From positions 6,898 to 70,897 of the forward strand of contig JAILGA010000158.1 of the NCBI GenBank assembly GCA_024697225.1: a stretch of DNA of 64,000 bases. The letters run 5' to 3'. Position numbers and translations under genes: made by a program. Of the stretch, positions 1 through 10,692 are shown one piece after another. The stretch comes from Lachnospiraceae bacterium (lineage in GTDB: Bacteria > Bacillota > Clostridia > Lachnospirales > Lachnospiraceae). The notes under the pieces are model-generated. The model did no database searches. It was not told the DNA's origin and saw nothing but the letters and a program-made list of their open reading frames with translations. How positions within the stretch are numbered: the stretch's first letter is position 1; every line of letters starts with the position of its first letter.

Positions 1-497
1 CCGGCGTATCTTCTGCACACCGCCTTCTGGTTAAGCGCATGGAACACTGACATCCTGGGGATCTCCGGAAGTCCCGAGAGTCTTGCCTCATCGCACAGCT
101 CGTCCACCGATATGGGATCGACTATGTATGAAGGAACGCCTATCTCGTCGCCTATCTCCCTGGCAAGTATCCCGCCGAGGTTCGCCGCATGCTGTCCCTG
201 TACGCCGATCTCCAGATCGTGCATCAGTTCATCACTCACGGCATATGTGCCGCCGGGCACGGGCTTAAGGATCCCCCCTCTGCCGACGATCACATCGAAG
301 CTTCCGACATCTATGCCCTTTTCCTTCAGGAAATCGAGTATCATATTCCTGCGGAAATCCTGCTGGACCGCTATCGATTCAAACCGCGATATCTCCTCCG
401 TGGAGTGACGCAGTGTCACATCCATCTCAAGCGTCTCATCAGTAAATATCCCAAGCTTGGTGGATGTGGAACCCGGGTTTATAATAAGCCCCCTCAC
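1..497 (-). CDS. buk: Butyrate kinase (3' end runs off window)
   Basis: Manual minus-strand translation: GTG start overlapping the ptb stop (GTGA), then [15 protein letters not shown]...[11 protein letters not shown]...FHALNQKAV, which are butyrate kinase motifs. Not in the ORF track. Confidence 0.93.
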   Translation of the reverse strand, partial: MRGLIINPGSTSTKLGIFTDETLEMDVTLRHSTEEISRFESIAVQQDFRRNMILDFLKEKGIDVGSFDVIVGRGGILKPVPGGTYAVSDELMHDLEIGVQGQHAANLGGILAREIGDEIGVPSYIVDPISVDELCDEARLSGLPEIPRMSVFHALNQKAVCRRYA

Positions 498-1423
498 GGA
501 ACCAGTCCCCCTTTACTCCCCGCCGCGACAGCTGCTATCGCTATCGAATTAAACTTCACATCGACCGTATCCGATCTTGAAGTCAGGATCACCGGTGATC
601 CCGTTCCGGTCAGTATGTTTCCGTTCCTTGCATTGCATGTCCTGACCAGTGTTTTGTAGACCAGATTGCCCGCATGGATATCCGGAAAAAGCAGTATATC
701 GGCATCCCCCACGATCTTTCTGTCCTTTGCGCCGGGTTTATATTCCGCGGCCGAGGGATCGATGGCAAGGTCCATGGACAGCGGTCCGTCGACGATACAG
801 CCCTTTATCTCACCGGCCTCATTGAGCCTTGTGAGTTCAGCCGCCTCAACAGTCACGGGCATCTTTTCGTTCACGGTCTCAACCGCGGCAAGAACCGCAA
901 CCTTGGGCATTTCCACTCCGCATGCCCTGGCGATCTCCGCAGTATACCCGATCATGACCTTTTTGTCTTCCAGCGTCGGATAAGGGATAAACGCAGCATC
1001 CGTCAGAAACAGGAGTCTGTCGATCCCCGGGATCTCAAACACACATACGTGAGAGAGCGGACGTCCGGTGCGAAGCCCCACATCCCTGTCAAGCACACTC
1101 TTCAAAAACAGCTTCGATTCGAGGCTGCCCTTCATGTACATATCGGCATCGCCGTCGTGCACCAGCTTCACCGCTGCGGCTGCGGCCTCCTCATCGTCCT
1201 TTTTGTCAAGTATCTCATAACCTTTTGTCAGATCTATGTCAAGGCCGTCTGCGATCTCTTCGATCCTTTCCCTGTCGCCCACCAGTATAGGGGCCGCTAT
1301 CCCCTCTCTCCTGGCGAGTTCAACAGCCTCCATGACAGACGCATCCTGAGCCACCGCGACTGAAAGCTTCTTTATTTCCAGATCACGAACCCTGGACAGG
1401 AGTTCATCAAAAGATCTACTCAT
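494..1423 (-). CDS. ptb: Phosphate butyryltransferase
   Basis: PTA/PTB motifs ([30 protein letters not shown]); directly upstream of buk. Confidence 0.92.
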   Translation of the reverse strand: MSRSFDELLSRVRDLEIKKLSVAVAQDASVMEAVELARREGIAAPILVGDRERIEEIADGLDIDLTKGYEILDKKDDEEAAAAAVKLVHDGDADMYMKGSLESKLFLKSVLDRDVGLRTGRPLSHVCVFEIPGIDRLLFLTDAAFIPYPTLEDKKVMIGYTAEIARACGVEMPKVAVLAAVETVNEKMPVTVEAAELTRLNEAGEIKGCIVDGPLSMDLAIDPSAAEYKPGAKDRKIVGDADILLFPDIHAGNLVYKTLVRTCNARNGNILTGTGSPVILTSRSDTVDVKFNSIAIAAVAAGSKGGLVP

Positions 1424-1469
1424 GCTATGATGCTCTCACCGATTTCAAAATCCCGTACTTAACCTATAA

Positions 1470-1498
1470 ACTTTACCACAGATAGGCGGTCGGGTCAA
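1470..1498 (-). promoter_or_regulatory. sigma70/sigmaA-like promoter of ptb-buk
   Basis: Minus strand TTGACC-N17-TAAAGT with TG extension. Confidence 0.55.
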
Positions 1499-1501
1499 CT
1501 T

Positions 1502-1529
1502 AAAAGCCCCGTCCGAAGGACGGGGCTTT
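1502..1529 (-). terminator. Intrinsic terminator after the EAL/HDOD gene
   Basis: Perfect 12-bp stem AAAGCCCCGTCC-GAA-GGACGGGGCTTT. Confidence 0.8.
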
Positions 1530-1551
1530 AACAGCTGTAAAACAGGCAGGA

Positions 1552-2775
1552 TCAGACACTCAGCAGATCCCTGTACCACTTGAGAGCGCCCACATAGGCG
1601 TCGTAAACGGGATCGAAGGCGATGTCGCGAAGGACCAGCAGTCTTGAGACCTCATGCCAGGAAGCATCCTCATACTCCTTCACAAACTCAAGTATGGGAT
1701 AGAGCTCTCCTTTTCCTTCTATCAGCGCCTGCTCGATGTTCTTTGAAACCTGAACCGACTTTAATGCCTCTGCCATGGGCTTGTCCAGCATGATGTCCAG
1801 GATCGAGAACAGGCCCATCAGGAATACCTCGGCAGACAGACCGCCGATGCCGTAAAGCGGTGCGAGATTCTCGGCAAACTTCGCACGCATGAGGGAAAGC
1901 CTTGTGATCTCACTGGGCTTGTCGGCGCAAAGTTCCTTGGTAACCGCCGTATTGATCCAGCGCTTCAGCTCCTTCTGACCCAGCATGGCCGCCGCATGAC
2001 GCACGGATGTGATCTCAGAATTCCTGGTCATATGATTGACCATCTCAAGAAGTGAAATAACCAGTGCCGTATCGTGGCCTATGACATCGGCCGCGGTCGT
2101 AAGATCGAAATCGGGGCTGTTTACAACATTCAGGAGTTCGATATAAGTGGCCTTCAAAGGAGCCACTTCCTTATCGGACTCGGTGACGGGCATACGGAAG
2201 AACTCACCCTCATAGAGGTTGTAGCCGCCGTCCTCGGTAAGCTTGTCGTAATCCTCCTGTGTATTTACATTGACCGCACACAGCCTGATCCTCGGGAAAA
2301 GCTTTCCGAAATAGATCTTGGCCTGCGTGATGTTTATCTTGCTGTGATCTAAAAGGATGTAATCCATGAGCTTCAGGATCTCACGGTAGCTCTCGAACTG
2401 CCTGATCTCAAGCTTTCTGATAGCGAGCTTATAGCCTTCCTTCTTGAGTTCGCCGAGCCTTCCGAGGTAGCTTCCGTCGGGAGTGACTGAAGGGTCCAAA
2501 AGAAGCACTATCTTCTCGTGAGGCGGATCGCAGTCAGCAGAAATATCAGTGAAAATATTGATGTTGTTGATCTCGACAAAGAGCTCCTGATCTTCAGCCA
2601 GCGTATTCGCACCGACACTGTTCACAATATCCAGACCCGGTATGAGCGCCGCTCCGTCCAGACGTCCGATACCTTCGGAGCCGGGACTCAGGAACGAATT
2701 CTCCATCTGTGTGAAGATGGAATATGCACAAACCTTCATATCGCCGTCAAACAACGGAATCAGTGTAGCCAGCAT
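1552..2775 (-). CDS. EAL/HDOD domain signalling protein (YuxH-like, degenerate EAL)
   Basis: HDOD features (VISLLEMVN, SVRHAAAMLG, FLMGLFSILD); N-terminal EAL-like part has AYSIF in place of YELL. Start placed at the Met after AAGGAG (ORF track starts at 2799). Confidence 0.8.
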   Translation of the reverse strand: MLATLIPLFDGDMKVCAYSIFTQMENSFLSPGSEGIGRLDGAALIPGLDIVNSVGANTLAEDQELFVEINNINIFTDISADCDPPHEKIVLLLDPSVTPDGSYLGRLGELKKEGYKLAIRKLEIRQFESYREILKLMDYILLDHSKINITQAKIYFGKLFPRIRLCAVNVNTQEDYDKLTEDGGYNLYEGEFFRMPVTESDKEVAPLKATYIELLNVVNSPDFDLTTAADVIGHDTALVISLLEMVNHMTRNSEITSVRHAAAMLGQKELKRWINTAVTKELCADKPSEITRLSLMRAKFAENLAPLYGIGGLSAEVFLMGLFSILDIMLDKPMAEALKSVQVSKNIEQALIEGKGELYPILEFVKEYEDASWHEVSRLLVLRDIAFDPVYDAYVGALKWYRDLLSV

Positions 2776-2836
2776 AGTCTTCTCCTTTTCTATCGCCATG
2801 GTGCGGATGAAATAATCAGTTATTTAATTATACCAT

Positions 2837-2876
2837 AAAAAACAGGCTGCGAAAAGAGAAATTTCGCAGCCCGTTT
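2837..2876 (-). terminator. Intrinsic terminator after oppA
   Basis: Stem GGCTGCGAAA/TTTCGCAGCC followed by a T-run on the minus strand. Confidence 0.7.
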
Positions 2877-2904
2877 CTCAAATACGACTTTGTCTGTTAC
2901 ATTA

Positions 2905-4803
2905 TCATCCGATGGTCGTATACATGAAGTACTTGTATCCCAGAGGATTGGAGAAGAAGCCCTTCACGCTGTCATCGATCATGTAGATGTCGGTGTAGAA
3001 ATACAGAGGGCAGATGCAGCCTGTGGACATAAGCAGATCCTCTGCGCGGTGCATCAGCTTGTAGCGTGTATCCTTGTCGGTGCAGGTCTTGATGAGACCG
3101 ATCACAACATCATAGGTCTCAGCCCAGGTGCCGTCCGTCACATTGACATCATAGCCCAGATCTGTCAGATCGATGCTGTATGCCTTGACGTTCTCGTTGT
3201 CGCCTTTGCCGAACTGTACATCGTTGTTGCCGGAGCCCGATGTCCACATGTCGAGGAAGGAGCTGGGATCGTTGTAGTCCGCAAGCCAGCCGTTACGAGC
3301 GATGGAGAAGTCTCCGTTCTTTCTGGTCTCAAGGAAGGTCGCCCACTCCTGATTCTCAAGGTTCATGGTGATGCCCACACCCGCCATGGCGCTCTGCAGA
3401 TACTCACCGATAGCCTTGTGGCCTTCACTGGTGTTGTACAGGTAGGTCAGTGTCGGGAAGTCGGTGAACTGCTGTGTGCTCTCGTCAAAGGTGTAGTACT
3501 TCTTAAGTGTCTCAACGGCGCTTGCCCAGTTGCTCTCGTATGCGGACGCATCGACATCATAGTATCCGGTGAAGCTGTTGCTGCCGGCATTCTTGTAGAA
3601 TTCGCTGCCGTCGGCATCGGTCATACCCATGGCGACGAAGGAAGAAGCGGGAACCTGTCCTGCCTGGCCGATCTCCTCGACGATGTAGTTACGGTCGAAC
3701 AGAAGGGAGATGGCATTTCTGATCTCGTTCTTTGCATCCTCAGCCTCCTTGCCCGTAAGTCCTGAGCCAGCGGGAAGAATATCCTCGTTGACGTTCCAGC
3801 AGACATAGTAGGTACCGATCTGACCGGCAACGACGAACTCAGTGGGATACTTGGTCTTGAGGTTTGCGATCTCGTTGGTGGGTACATCGTCGATCAGCTG
3901 CCAGCTGCCGTTCTCGAAGTTGGTCAGCTGGTTGTTAGCATCGTCGGAGAGGTAGAAGTTGATGACGGGCATCGTTACGCTGGCCGCATCATAGAAATTG
4001 TCGTTCTTGGTCAGTGTGATGACGCTGTTGTGATCCCATGATGTCATGGTATAAGGTCCGTTGCAGACCATGGTGGAAGGATCTGTCGCCCAGCTCTCAT
4101 TCGCCACGACATCAGCCTTGACAGGCATATAGGTAGGGAATGCAAGGAGCTCATTCCAGAAAGCCACAGCATTGTTCAGCGTGACAACAAGAGTCTTGTC
4201 ATCGGTTGCCTCGACAGCCAGTGCGCTGCCGTCGCCGGCGGATGCCTCTTCATAGCCCTTAACGACCTCGAACATGTAGCCGTAGTCGGCTGCGAGATCC
4301 GCAGAAGCGGCACGCTTCCATGCAAACTCGAAATCCTTGGCGGTAAGGTCGCTGCCGTCGCTCCACTTAAGGCCGTCCTTAAGTGTATAGGTATATGTAA
4401 CTGTGCCGTCACCGTTCTCAACGCCCTCGGGAAGCGAATCCACAAGGTCGGGTGCGATCTCAAGAACACCGCTCGCATTCTGCTCCCACTTTGCAAGACC
4501 GGAGAACATGTGCAGGATCATGGTTGCACCGTCAACCGAGCTGTTGAGAGCCGGATCGAGTGTTGCGGGCTCGGAAGCGAGACATACGCTCAGGCTTCCT
4601 TCTGCCGGTGCGGGTGCCGGTTCGGGTGCCGGTGCTGCTTCGCTCGTGTCTGCAGCGTTATCGGCAGAACCGCTGTCCGCACTCTGTGTTGTTTCAGTCT
4701 GGCCGTCTGCGGACGGTGCTGCAGCCGGTGCTGCTCCCCCGCACGCCGCAAGGCCGACGACCATGCTACATGCAAGGAGAACGGAAAGAATCTTTTTCTT
4801 CAT
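2905..4803 (-). CDS. oppA: Oligopeptide ABC transporter substrate-binding lipoprotein
   Basis: Lipobox LAAC, SBP family 5 motifs (TLDPAL, KWSDGSDLTAKDF, NGPY, GWLADYNDP), SD GAGGAGG. Confidence 0.92.
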   Translation of the reverse strand: MKKKILSVLLACSMVVGLAACGGAAPAAAPSADGQTETTQSADSGSADNAADTSEAAPAPEPAPAPAEGSLSVCLASEPATLDPALNSSVDGATMILHMFSGLAKWEQNASGVLEIAPDLVDSLPEGVENGDGTVTYTYTLKDGLKWSDGSDLTAKDFEFAWKRAASADLAADYGYMFEVVKGYEEASAGDGSALAVEATDDKTLVVTLNNAVAFWNELLAFPTYMPVKADVVANESWATDPSTMVCNGPYTMTSWDHNSVITLTKNDNFYDAASVTMPVINFYLSDDANNQLTNFENGSWQLIDDVPTNEIANLKTKYPTEFVVAGQIGTYYVCWNVNEDILPAGSGLTGKEAEDAKNEIRNAISLLFDRNYIVEEIGQAGQVPASSFVAMGMTDADGSEFYKNAGSNSFTGYYDVDASAYESNWASAVETLKKYYTFDESTQQFTDFPTLTYLYNTSEGHKAIGEYLQSAMAGVGITMNLENQEWATFLETRKNGDFSIARNGWLADYNDPSSFLDMWTSGSGNNDVQFGKGDNENVKAYSIDLTDLGYDVNVTDGTWAETYDVVIGLIKTCTDKDTRYKLMHRAEDLLMSTGCICPLYFYTDIYMIDDSVKGFFSNPLGYKYFMYTTIG

Positions 4804-4881
4804 AATTTTTCCTCCTCTTTATTGCTTCTAAATAAACTGAAGACGTGTCCATAAGAACACGTCTTCGTGAACTCGCGCGAT

Positions 4882-4942
4882 ATTTTAGCACGTTTGCGGT
4901 AAAATGTAAAGAAAATATGAACGTCTTAACAAATTCTTAACA
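4882..4942 (-). promoter_or_regulatory. Internal oppA promoter with upstream 11-bp-period direct repeat
   Basis: TTTACA-N17-TAAAAT (4910-4882); TGTTAAGA-N3-TGTTAAGA at 4924-4942. Confidence 0.55.
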
Positions 4943-4956
4943 CGTTACATCAGAAG

Positions 4957-5967
4957 TTATCTGAGCTGGACTCCCATCTTCATGCCTTCCGCGTATTCGA
5001 GATGGTGGCATGCCACAAAATGGCCGGTCTCCACTTCCTTAAACTCAGGCATCGACTCCGCGCAGTCCTCCTGAGCGTACGGGCAGCGGCTGCGAAACGG
5101 GCAGCCGGAGGGTGCGTTCAGAGGGCTCGGGATGTCGCCCTGAAGCACGATCCTCTTGTTGGCGCGGGCCTCCTTGGGATCCGGTACAGGAACCGATGAC
5201 AGAAGTGATTTGCTGTACGGATGCAGTGGATGGTCATAGATCTCATCGGCATCCGCGAGCTCCACCATCTTTCCGAGATACATGACAGCTATGCGGTCGC
5301 TTATGTGCCTGACCACAAGCAGATCGTGGGCAATAAAGAGATACGTGAGGCCGAGCCTGTCCTGCAGCTCGTCAAACATGTTTATGACCTGAGCCTGTAT
5401 GGAAACATCCAGTGCCGATACCGGCTCGTCGCAGACTATGAACTCAGGATTGACCGCCAGCGCTCTCGCAATGCCTATCCTCTGTCTCTGGCCGCCCGAG
5501 AACTCATGGGCGTATCTGGATGCGTGCTCCGAATTCAGGCCCACGTATTCCATGAGCTCGAGCACTCTCGCGCGCCTGTCTTCTTTGCTGGTATACATCT
5601 TGTGGACATCCAGCGGCTCGGCGATAATATCCGAGACAGTCATTCTGGGATTCAGCGAGGAATAAGGATCCTGGAACACCATGGTTGCCTTCTTCCGAAA
5701 CTCCATAAGACGCTGCCTGGTATTGACCTCCTCGCCGTCATAGATTATCTCGCCGCCCGTGGGCTTATATAGCTGCAGTATCGTCCTTCCCACAGTGGTC
5801 TTTCCGCAGCCGGACTCTCCGACGAGCCCAAGGGTTTCGCCCTTTTTGATGGTAAAGGACACATCATCCACTGCCTTTAAGGGCTTTGACTTGAAAAATC
5901 CCACCGTCACGGGAAAGTATTCCTTAAGATGTCTTATCTCCACAAGATTCTTTTCACTATCCATCAC
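4957..5967 (-). CDS. oppF: Oligopeptide ABC transporter ATP-binding protein
   Basis: GESGCGKT, FSGGQRQR, DEPVSALD, oligo_HPY tail with GCPFRSRC. Confidence 0.93.
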   Translation of the reverse strand: MMDSEKNLVEIRHLKEYFPVTVGFFKSKPLKAVDDVSFTIKKGETLGLVGESGCGKTTVGRTILQLYKPTGGEIIYDGEEVNTRQRLMEFRKKATMVFQDPYSSLNPRMTVSDIIAEPLDVHKMYTSKEDRRARVLELMEYVGLNSEHASRYAHEFSGGQRQRIGIARALAVNPEFIVCDEPVSALDVSIQAQVINMFDELQDRLGLTYLFIAHDLLVVRHISDRIAVMYLGKMVELADADEIYDHPLHPYSKSLLSSVPVPDPKEARANKRIVLQGDIPSPLNAPSGCPFRSRCPYAQEDCAESMPEFKEVETGHFVACHHLEYAEGMKMGVQLR

Positions 5968-6024
5968 TCAACTCCTGTCGCACACAGCACCGCATTCATG
6001 CTGTCCCGGCTAATCATCCTTTTC

Positions 6025-7008
6025 TTATTCGCCCGACTGAGGCTTATCGTTCATGAAACAGGTCGCCATATGATCCTCGTTTATGACTCTTCTCTCCGGG
6101 CGGGCCCTGAGGCAGATCTTCATGGCGTTCTCGCAGCGCGGGGCAAAGGGACAGCCCTCGGGCATGTTCAGCAGATCTATGGGCGTACCGGTTATGGGCT
6201 GCAGCTTCTGGCCGTTGTTTTCCGCAGTGGGGATCGAGCGCAGAAGACCCTTTGTATACTCGTGCTTCGGATTATAGAATATCTCGTCGGCAGTGCCCTG
6301 TTCGCAGATGGAACCTGCGTACATGACTATGACCTCGTCGCACATCTGGGCCACGACGCCCAGATCATGGGTGATCAGGATGATCGCCATGCCGAGCTCC
6401 TTCTGAAGATCCCTCATCAGATCGAGGATCTGAGCCTGTATCGTCACATCAAGAGCCGTGGTGGGCTCGTCAGCGATCAGTATATCCGGCTCGCAGGCCA
6501 GAGCCATTGCGATCATTATCCTCTGTCTCATACCGCCTGAGAATTCGTAGGGATACTGCTTCATTCTCTTTTCGGGCTCATTTATACCCACGAGATGTAT
6601 CATCTCGATCGCCCTGTTCCTTGCCTGCTCGCGGTTTCTGTCCGTGTGCAGAAGGATCGCCTCCATCAGCTGATGTCCTATGGTATAGGTGGGATTAAGC
6701 GAGGTCATGGGATCCTGGAAAATGATCGAAATACGGTTCCCGCGGACTCCCTTCATCACTGCTTCGCCGGCGCCCACAAGCTCCCGGCCGTCAAGCTTCA
6801 CCGAACCGGAAACGATCTTTCCCGTTCCCGCCAGTATCTGCATCACCGAATAAGCTGTCACGCTCTTTCCGGATCCCGATTCTCCGACTATCCCCAGCAC
6901 CTTGTTCCGATCCAGCCTGAAGGACACTCCGTTTACGGCCCGTACTTCACCCGCATCCGTGAAGAACGAGGTATGCAGGTCATTTACTTCCAACAAAAGT
7001 TCGCTCAT
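6025..7008 (-). CDS. oppD: Oligopeptide ABC transporter ATP-binding protein
   Basis: [30 protein letters not shown]. Confidence 0.93.
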   Translation of the reverse strand: MSELLLEVNDLHTSFFTDAGEVRAVNGVSFRLDRNKVLGIVGESGSGKSVTAYSVMQILAGTGKIVSGSVKLDGRELVGAGEAVMKGVRGNRISIIFQDPMTSLNPTYTIGHQLMEAILLHTDRNREQARNRAIEMIHLVGINEPEKRMKQYPYEFSGGMRQRIMIAMALACEPDILIADEPTTALDVTIQAQILDLMRDLQKELGMAIILITHDLGVVAQMCDEVIVMYAGSICEQGTADEIFYNPKHEYTKGLLRSIPTAENNGQKLQPITGTPIDLLNMPEGCPFAPRCENAMKICLRARPERRVINEDHMATCFMNDKPQSGE

Positions 7009-7026
7009 ATCCTATCCTGTCCTCCG

Positions 7027-8091
7027 TCACGCGTTGAGTTTGGGATCAAATGCATCGCGCAGCCCGTCGCCGAAGAGATTGAGGGACAGAACGATGAGAG
7101 AGATCACTATGGCCGGTATGACCAGTCTGTAGGTGTAGCTTGAAATACCGTTGAGCGCGTCGGAAGCGAGCGACCCGAGAGAGGGCATGGGGGCGTTGAC
7201 GCCCAGGCCCAGGAAGGACAGGTAACTCTCCGTAAAAATCGCGCTCGGGATCTGAAGTGCGGTTGAAATGATGATGACCGAGAAGCAGTTCGGGATCAGA
7301 TGCTTTAAGATTATCCACCTTCCCGGTGCGCCGCAGGTCTCAGCCGCCAGCACGTACTCCTGCTCCCTCAGGGACAGGATCTGTCCGCGGATAAGTCTGG
7401 ACATGCTCACCCAGTAGAGCAGACCGAACACTATGAACAGCGAGATGATATTCGATCCGATGCGGGCGAGCACCGTGCCGTCGAGCTTGTCCGCAAGCGT
7501 GGTCTTTAATACCGACGAGAGCAGTATGACCATCAGCATGTCGGGCAGCGAGTAGATTATATCTACTATCCTCATTATGATCAGGTCCACTTTACCGCCG
7601 CAGTAACCCGCCACGGAGCCTATTGTCATGCCTATGATCAGAACGATGATACTCGCAAAGAAGCCTACCGCCAGAGATATCCTGGTGCCGTAGATAATGC
7701 GGATGAAATAGTCCCTGCCCGCGGAGTCCGTGCCGAACACATGGGGAGTAACCTTCTCTCCCGCTTCAATCCTCCTCATCTCGGTCTTTGAATATTCAAA
7801 GGGTCTCAGATTCTGGAACGAGGCATCCATGGGTTTTCCCGGCACATTTCCGAGCATCTGCTCGTAGGAGTACGGCCAGAACATCGGCACGAACACGGCA
7901 GCCAGAGCTATGATCACTATCACGATCATACTGACAGTGGCGACCTTATTCTTCAAAAGCCTCTTCACCCCGTCCTTGAAAAAGGTACTTGAGGGGCGCA
8001 TCTGCACCATATACTCTTTTTCTTTGTCCGTCGCCGGAAGAAAATCCTCCGGCTTAAGATCCTGTTGTATGCTGAATGGTTTATTGCTCAT
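7027..8091 (-). CDS. oppC: Oligopeptide ABC transporter permease
   Basis: FGTDSAGRD, EQEYVLAA loop, NLFGDGLRDAFDPK; start at MSNKPF after a GGAG SD (ORF-track extension overlaps oppB). Confidence 0.9.
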   Translation of the reverse strand: MSNKPFSIQQDLKPEDFLPATDKEKEYMVQMRPSSTFFKDGVKRLLKNKVATVSMIVIVIIALAAVFVPMFWPYSYEQMLGNVPGKPMDASFQNLRPFEYSKTEMRRIEAGEKVTPHVFGTDSAGRDYFIRIIYGTRISLAVGFFASIIVLIIGMTIGSVAGYCGGKVDLIIMRIVDIIYSLPDMLMVILLSSVLKTTLADKLDGTVLARIGSNIISLFIVFGLLYWVSMSRLIRGQILSLREQEYVLAAETCGAPGRWIILKHLIPNCFSVIIISTALQIPSAIFTESYLSFLGLGVNAPMPSLGSLASDALNGISSYTYRLVIPAIVISLIVLSLNLFGDGLRDAFDPKLNA

Positions 8092-8132
8092 ATGAAAAAG
8101 ACTCCTTTTGTGCAGAACTTCCTTAACAATCT

Positions 8133-9062
8133 TTATTCCAGGGTGATCCTCGGATCTGCCACCTTGTACAGAATATCTCCCACCAGGTTCATCACTACTA
8201 TCAGTATAGCAAGGACGATCGTCGTGCCCATGACCAGAGGATAATCGCGGCCCGTGATGGAATTGACGAAGGCGCGGCCGATGCCCGGCACGGCAAAGAT
8301 CTGCTCGACCACAAGGGAACCCGTGACTATATATGCAAGCATGGGTCCGAAGTAGGTGATGACAGGTATCAGCGAGTTCTTGAGGGCATGTCCGAAGATG
8401 ATCCTCCACTTTGATACGCCCTTGGCTTTGGCTGTGCGGATGTAGTCCTGTCCCAGCACATCAAGCATCGACGATCTCGTAAGCCTTGTGATGTAAGCCA
8501 TCGGATAGAGGGACAATGTTATGACGGGAAGGATCAGGCCTCCCTTTGCGGCCCCGTTTGCCGGAAGGACTCCGAGCTTGACGGCAAAAAGCGCCAGAAG
8601 GAGCGATCCCATGATAAATGAGGGCATTGAGACAAATGCCGTCGTTATAACCATTATGACGCGGTCTATGACATGGTTTCTGCGAAGTGCTGCCACCGAG
8701 CCCAGTATGATGCCCACGATCAGTGCTATGAACGCAGCGATCAGACCCAGCTTGACCGAAGTCTTCATGCCGTCCATGATGATATCGATGACCATGCGCC
8801 CTCTGGATTTTAACGAGGGGCCGAAGTCAAACTTCGTCACAATGTCGCCGAGATAGGTGAAATACTGGACATACAGCGGTTTGTCCAGTCCGTACTTGGC
8901 CTCCATGGCCTTGCGTATGGTCTCGGTGACGGCCTTTTCGCCCACGAAGGGACCGCCGGGCACGGCATGCATTACGAAGAATGTAACCGTGATGACCACC
9001 CACACGGTGACCACCGCCAGTATGAGACGCTTCACTATATACATAAGCGTTTTCGTGTTCAT
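8133..9062 (-). CDS. oppB: Oligopeptide ABC transporter permease
   Basis: PGGPF, YGLDKPL, DYIRTAKAKG, RDYPLVMG, DPRI. Confidence 0.93.
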   Translation of the reverse strand: MNTKTLMYIVKRLILAVVTVWVVITVTFFVMHAVPGGPFVGEKAVTETIRKAMEAKYGLDKPLYVQYFTYLGDIVTKFDFGPSLKSRGRMVIDIIMDGMKTSVKLGLIAAFIALIVGIILGSVAALRRNHVIDRVIMVITTAFVSMPSFIMGSLLLALFAVKLGVLPANGAAKGGLILPVITLSLYPMAYITRLTRSSMLDVLGQDYIRTAKAKGVSKWRIIFGHALKNSLIPVITYFGPMLAYIVTGSLVVEQIFAVPGIGRAFVNSITGRDYPLVMGTTIVLAILIVVMNLVGDILYKVADPRITLE

Positions 9063-9187
9063 GAGTCCTCCCTCAGTCCTGCCATGCTGTATTCTTTATT
9101 ACGTTTTCATCTCTCCGGATGAAGATGATCTTTCGACGCGCACTCAAAATAGTACAGTGCCTTGTCCGCCTCGTCAAGTACCACAGA

Positions 9188-10621
9188 TCAGACATTTATA
9201 TCGGCTTCCATGCCGAGAAGCTCTCTGTTCGCCGAAAGAACGGGCTCGACCTGTTCCTTCAGAAAACGCGTGACCTGATGCGCACTGGCGCCGATATATT
9301 TTGCGGGATCAAGGTTCGCCTTAAGCGCGGAAAGATCCTGCGTGAACTTGTCGCTCTTTGCAATCCTGTCTATGAGATCGTTGTCTCCGCCCTCCTCCTT
9401 GACGACGCGGCCTGCCTCCATGGACAGCTTTCTTATCTCCTCGTGGAGTTCCTGTCTGTCTCCGCCTGCAGCGACTTCATCCATCATTATGTTTTCTGTG
9501 GCCATGAAGGGAAGCTCGGCCATGAGGTGCTTTTCGATAACCTTTGGATAGACCACCATACCGCCGGTCACGTTGATGCACAGATCAAGGATGCCGTCCA
9601 CCGCAAGAAACGCCTCCGCCATTGCGATCCTCTTGTTTGCGGAATCGTCAAGCGTGCGCTCAAGCCACTGCGAGGAGGCGGTAAGTGCGGGATTGAGCGA
9701 ATCAGAGATGACGTATCTCGCGAGGGAGCAGATCCTTTCGCTCCTCATGGGATTTCTCTTGTAAGCCATGGCCGAAGAGCCTATCTGCCCCTTTTCAAAA
9801 GGCTCCTCGATCTCTTTTAAGTGCTGTAAAAGTCTTATGTCTCCGCCCATCTTGGAAGCGGATACCGCTATGCCTGCCAGGACGTTCATGACTCTCTGGT
9901 CCTGTTTTCTCGTGTAGGTCTGGCCCGAAACCGCCACGCAGCTCTCGAATCCCATCTTTTCCGCTATCATGGGATCCAGGCGGTCCACCTTGTCCAGATC
10001 TCCCTTAAAAAGCTCCACAAAGGACGCCTGCGTGCCGGTGGTACCCTTGGACCCCAAAAGCTTCAGCCCCGCCATGCAGTGATCGAGATCCTCCAGATCG
10101 TAAAGGAGATCCTGCAGCCAGAGGCAGGCTCTCTTTCCGACGCTCACGGGCTGCGCCGGCTGGAAATGCGTAAAGCCGAGCGTCGGCAGATCCTTATTCC
10201 CGTCCGCGAACTTTGAGAGATTCGCGATCACATTGATCAGTTTTTTCCGAAGGAGCGTCAGACCTTCGCGCATCACGATTACATCCGTATTGTCACCCAC
10301 GTAGCAGCTTGTGGCTCCCAGATGGATGATCCCCTTTGCCTTCGGACACTGCAGTCCGTATGCGTATACGTGACTCATCACATCGTGGCGGACTATTTTC
10401 TCCCTCGCCCTCGCCTCATCGTAGTTGATGTCCTCAGCATGGGCTTTGAGCTCTTCGATCTGCTCATCGGTGATGTCGAGCCCCAGCTCCTTTTCTGTCT
10501 CGGCCAGCGCTATCCACAGGCGTCTCCAGGTCCTGAACTTGAAGTCCTGCGAAAACACATGCTGCATGTCCGCGCTGGCATAGCGCTCAGAAAGCGGGCT
10601 CGTATAACGGTCTGTGCTCAT
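9188..10621 (-). CDS. purB: Adenylosuccinate lyase
   Basis: RHDVMSH, HLGATS, GFTHFQPAQ, SSAMAYKRNPMRSE fumarate-lyase signature. Confidence 0.96.
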   Translation of the reverse strand: MSTDRYTSPLSERYASADMQHVFSQDFKFRTWRRLWIALAETEKELGLDITDEQIEELKAHAEDINYDEARAREKIVRHDVMSHVYAYGLQCPKAKGIIHLGATSCYVGDNTDVIVMREGLTLLRKKLINVIANLSKFADGNKDLPTLGFTHFQPAQPVSVGKRACLWLQDLLYDLEDLDHCMAGLKLLGSKGTTGTQASFVELFKGDLDKVDRLDPMIAEKMGFESCVAVSGQTYTRKQDQRVMNVLAGIAVSASKMGGDIRLLQHLKEIEEPFEKGQIGSSAMAYKRNPMRSERICSLARYVISDSLNPALTASSQWLERTLDDSANKRIAMAEAFLAVDGILDLCINVTGGMVVYPKVIEKHLMAELPFMATENIMMDEVAAGGDRQELHEEIRKLSMEAGRVVKEEGGDNDLIDRIAKSDKFTQDLSALKANLDPAKYIGASAHQVTRFLKEQVEPVLSANRELLGMEADINV

Positions 10622-10692
10622 ATATTTCTCCTCCTTTATATACCTGCGCGATATCCGCTGATAACTGTCCGGCTGGCAGTTGCCGCACAGTC

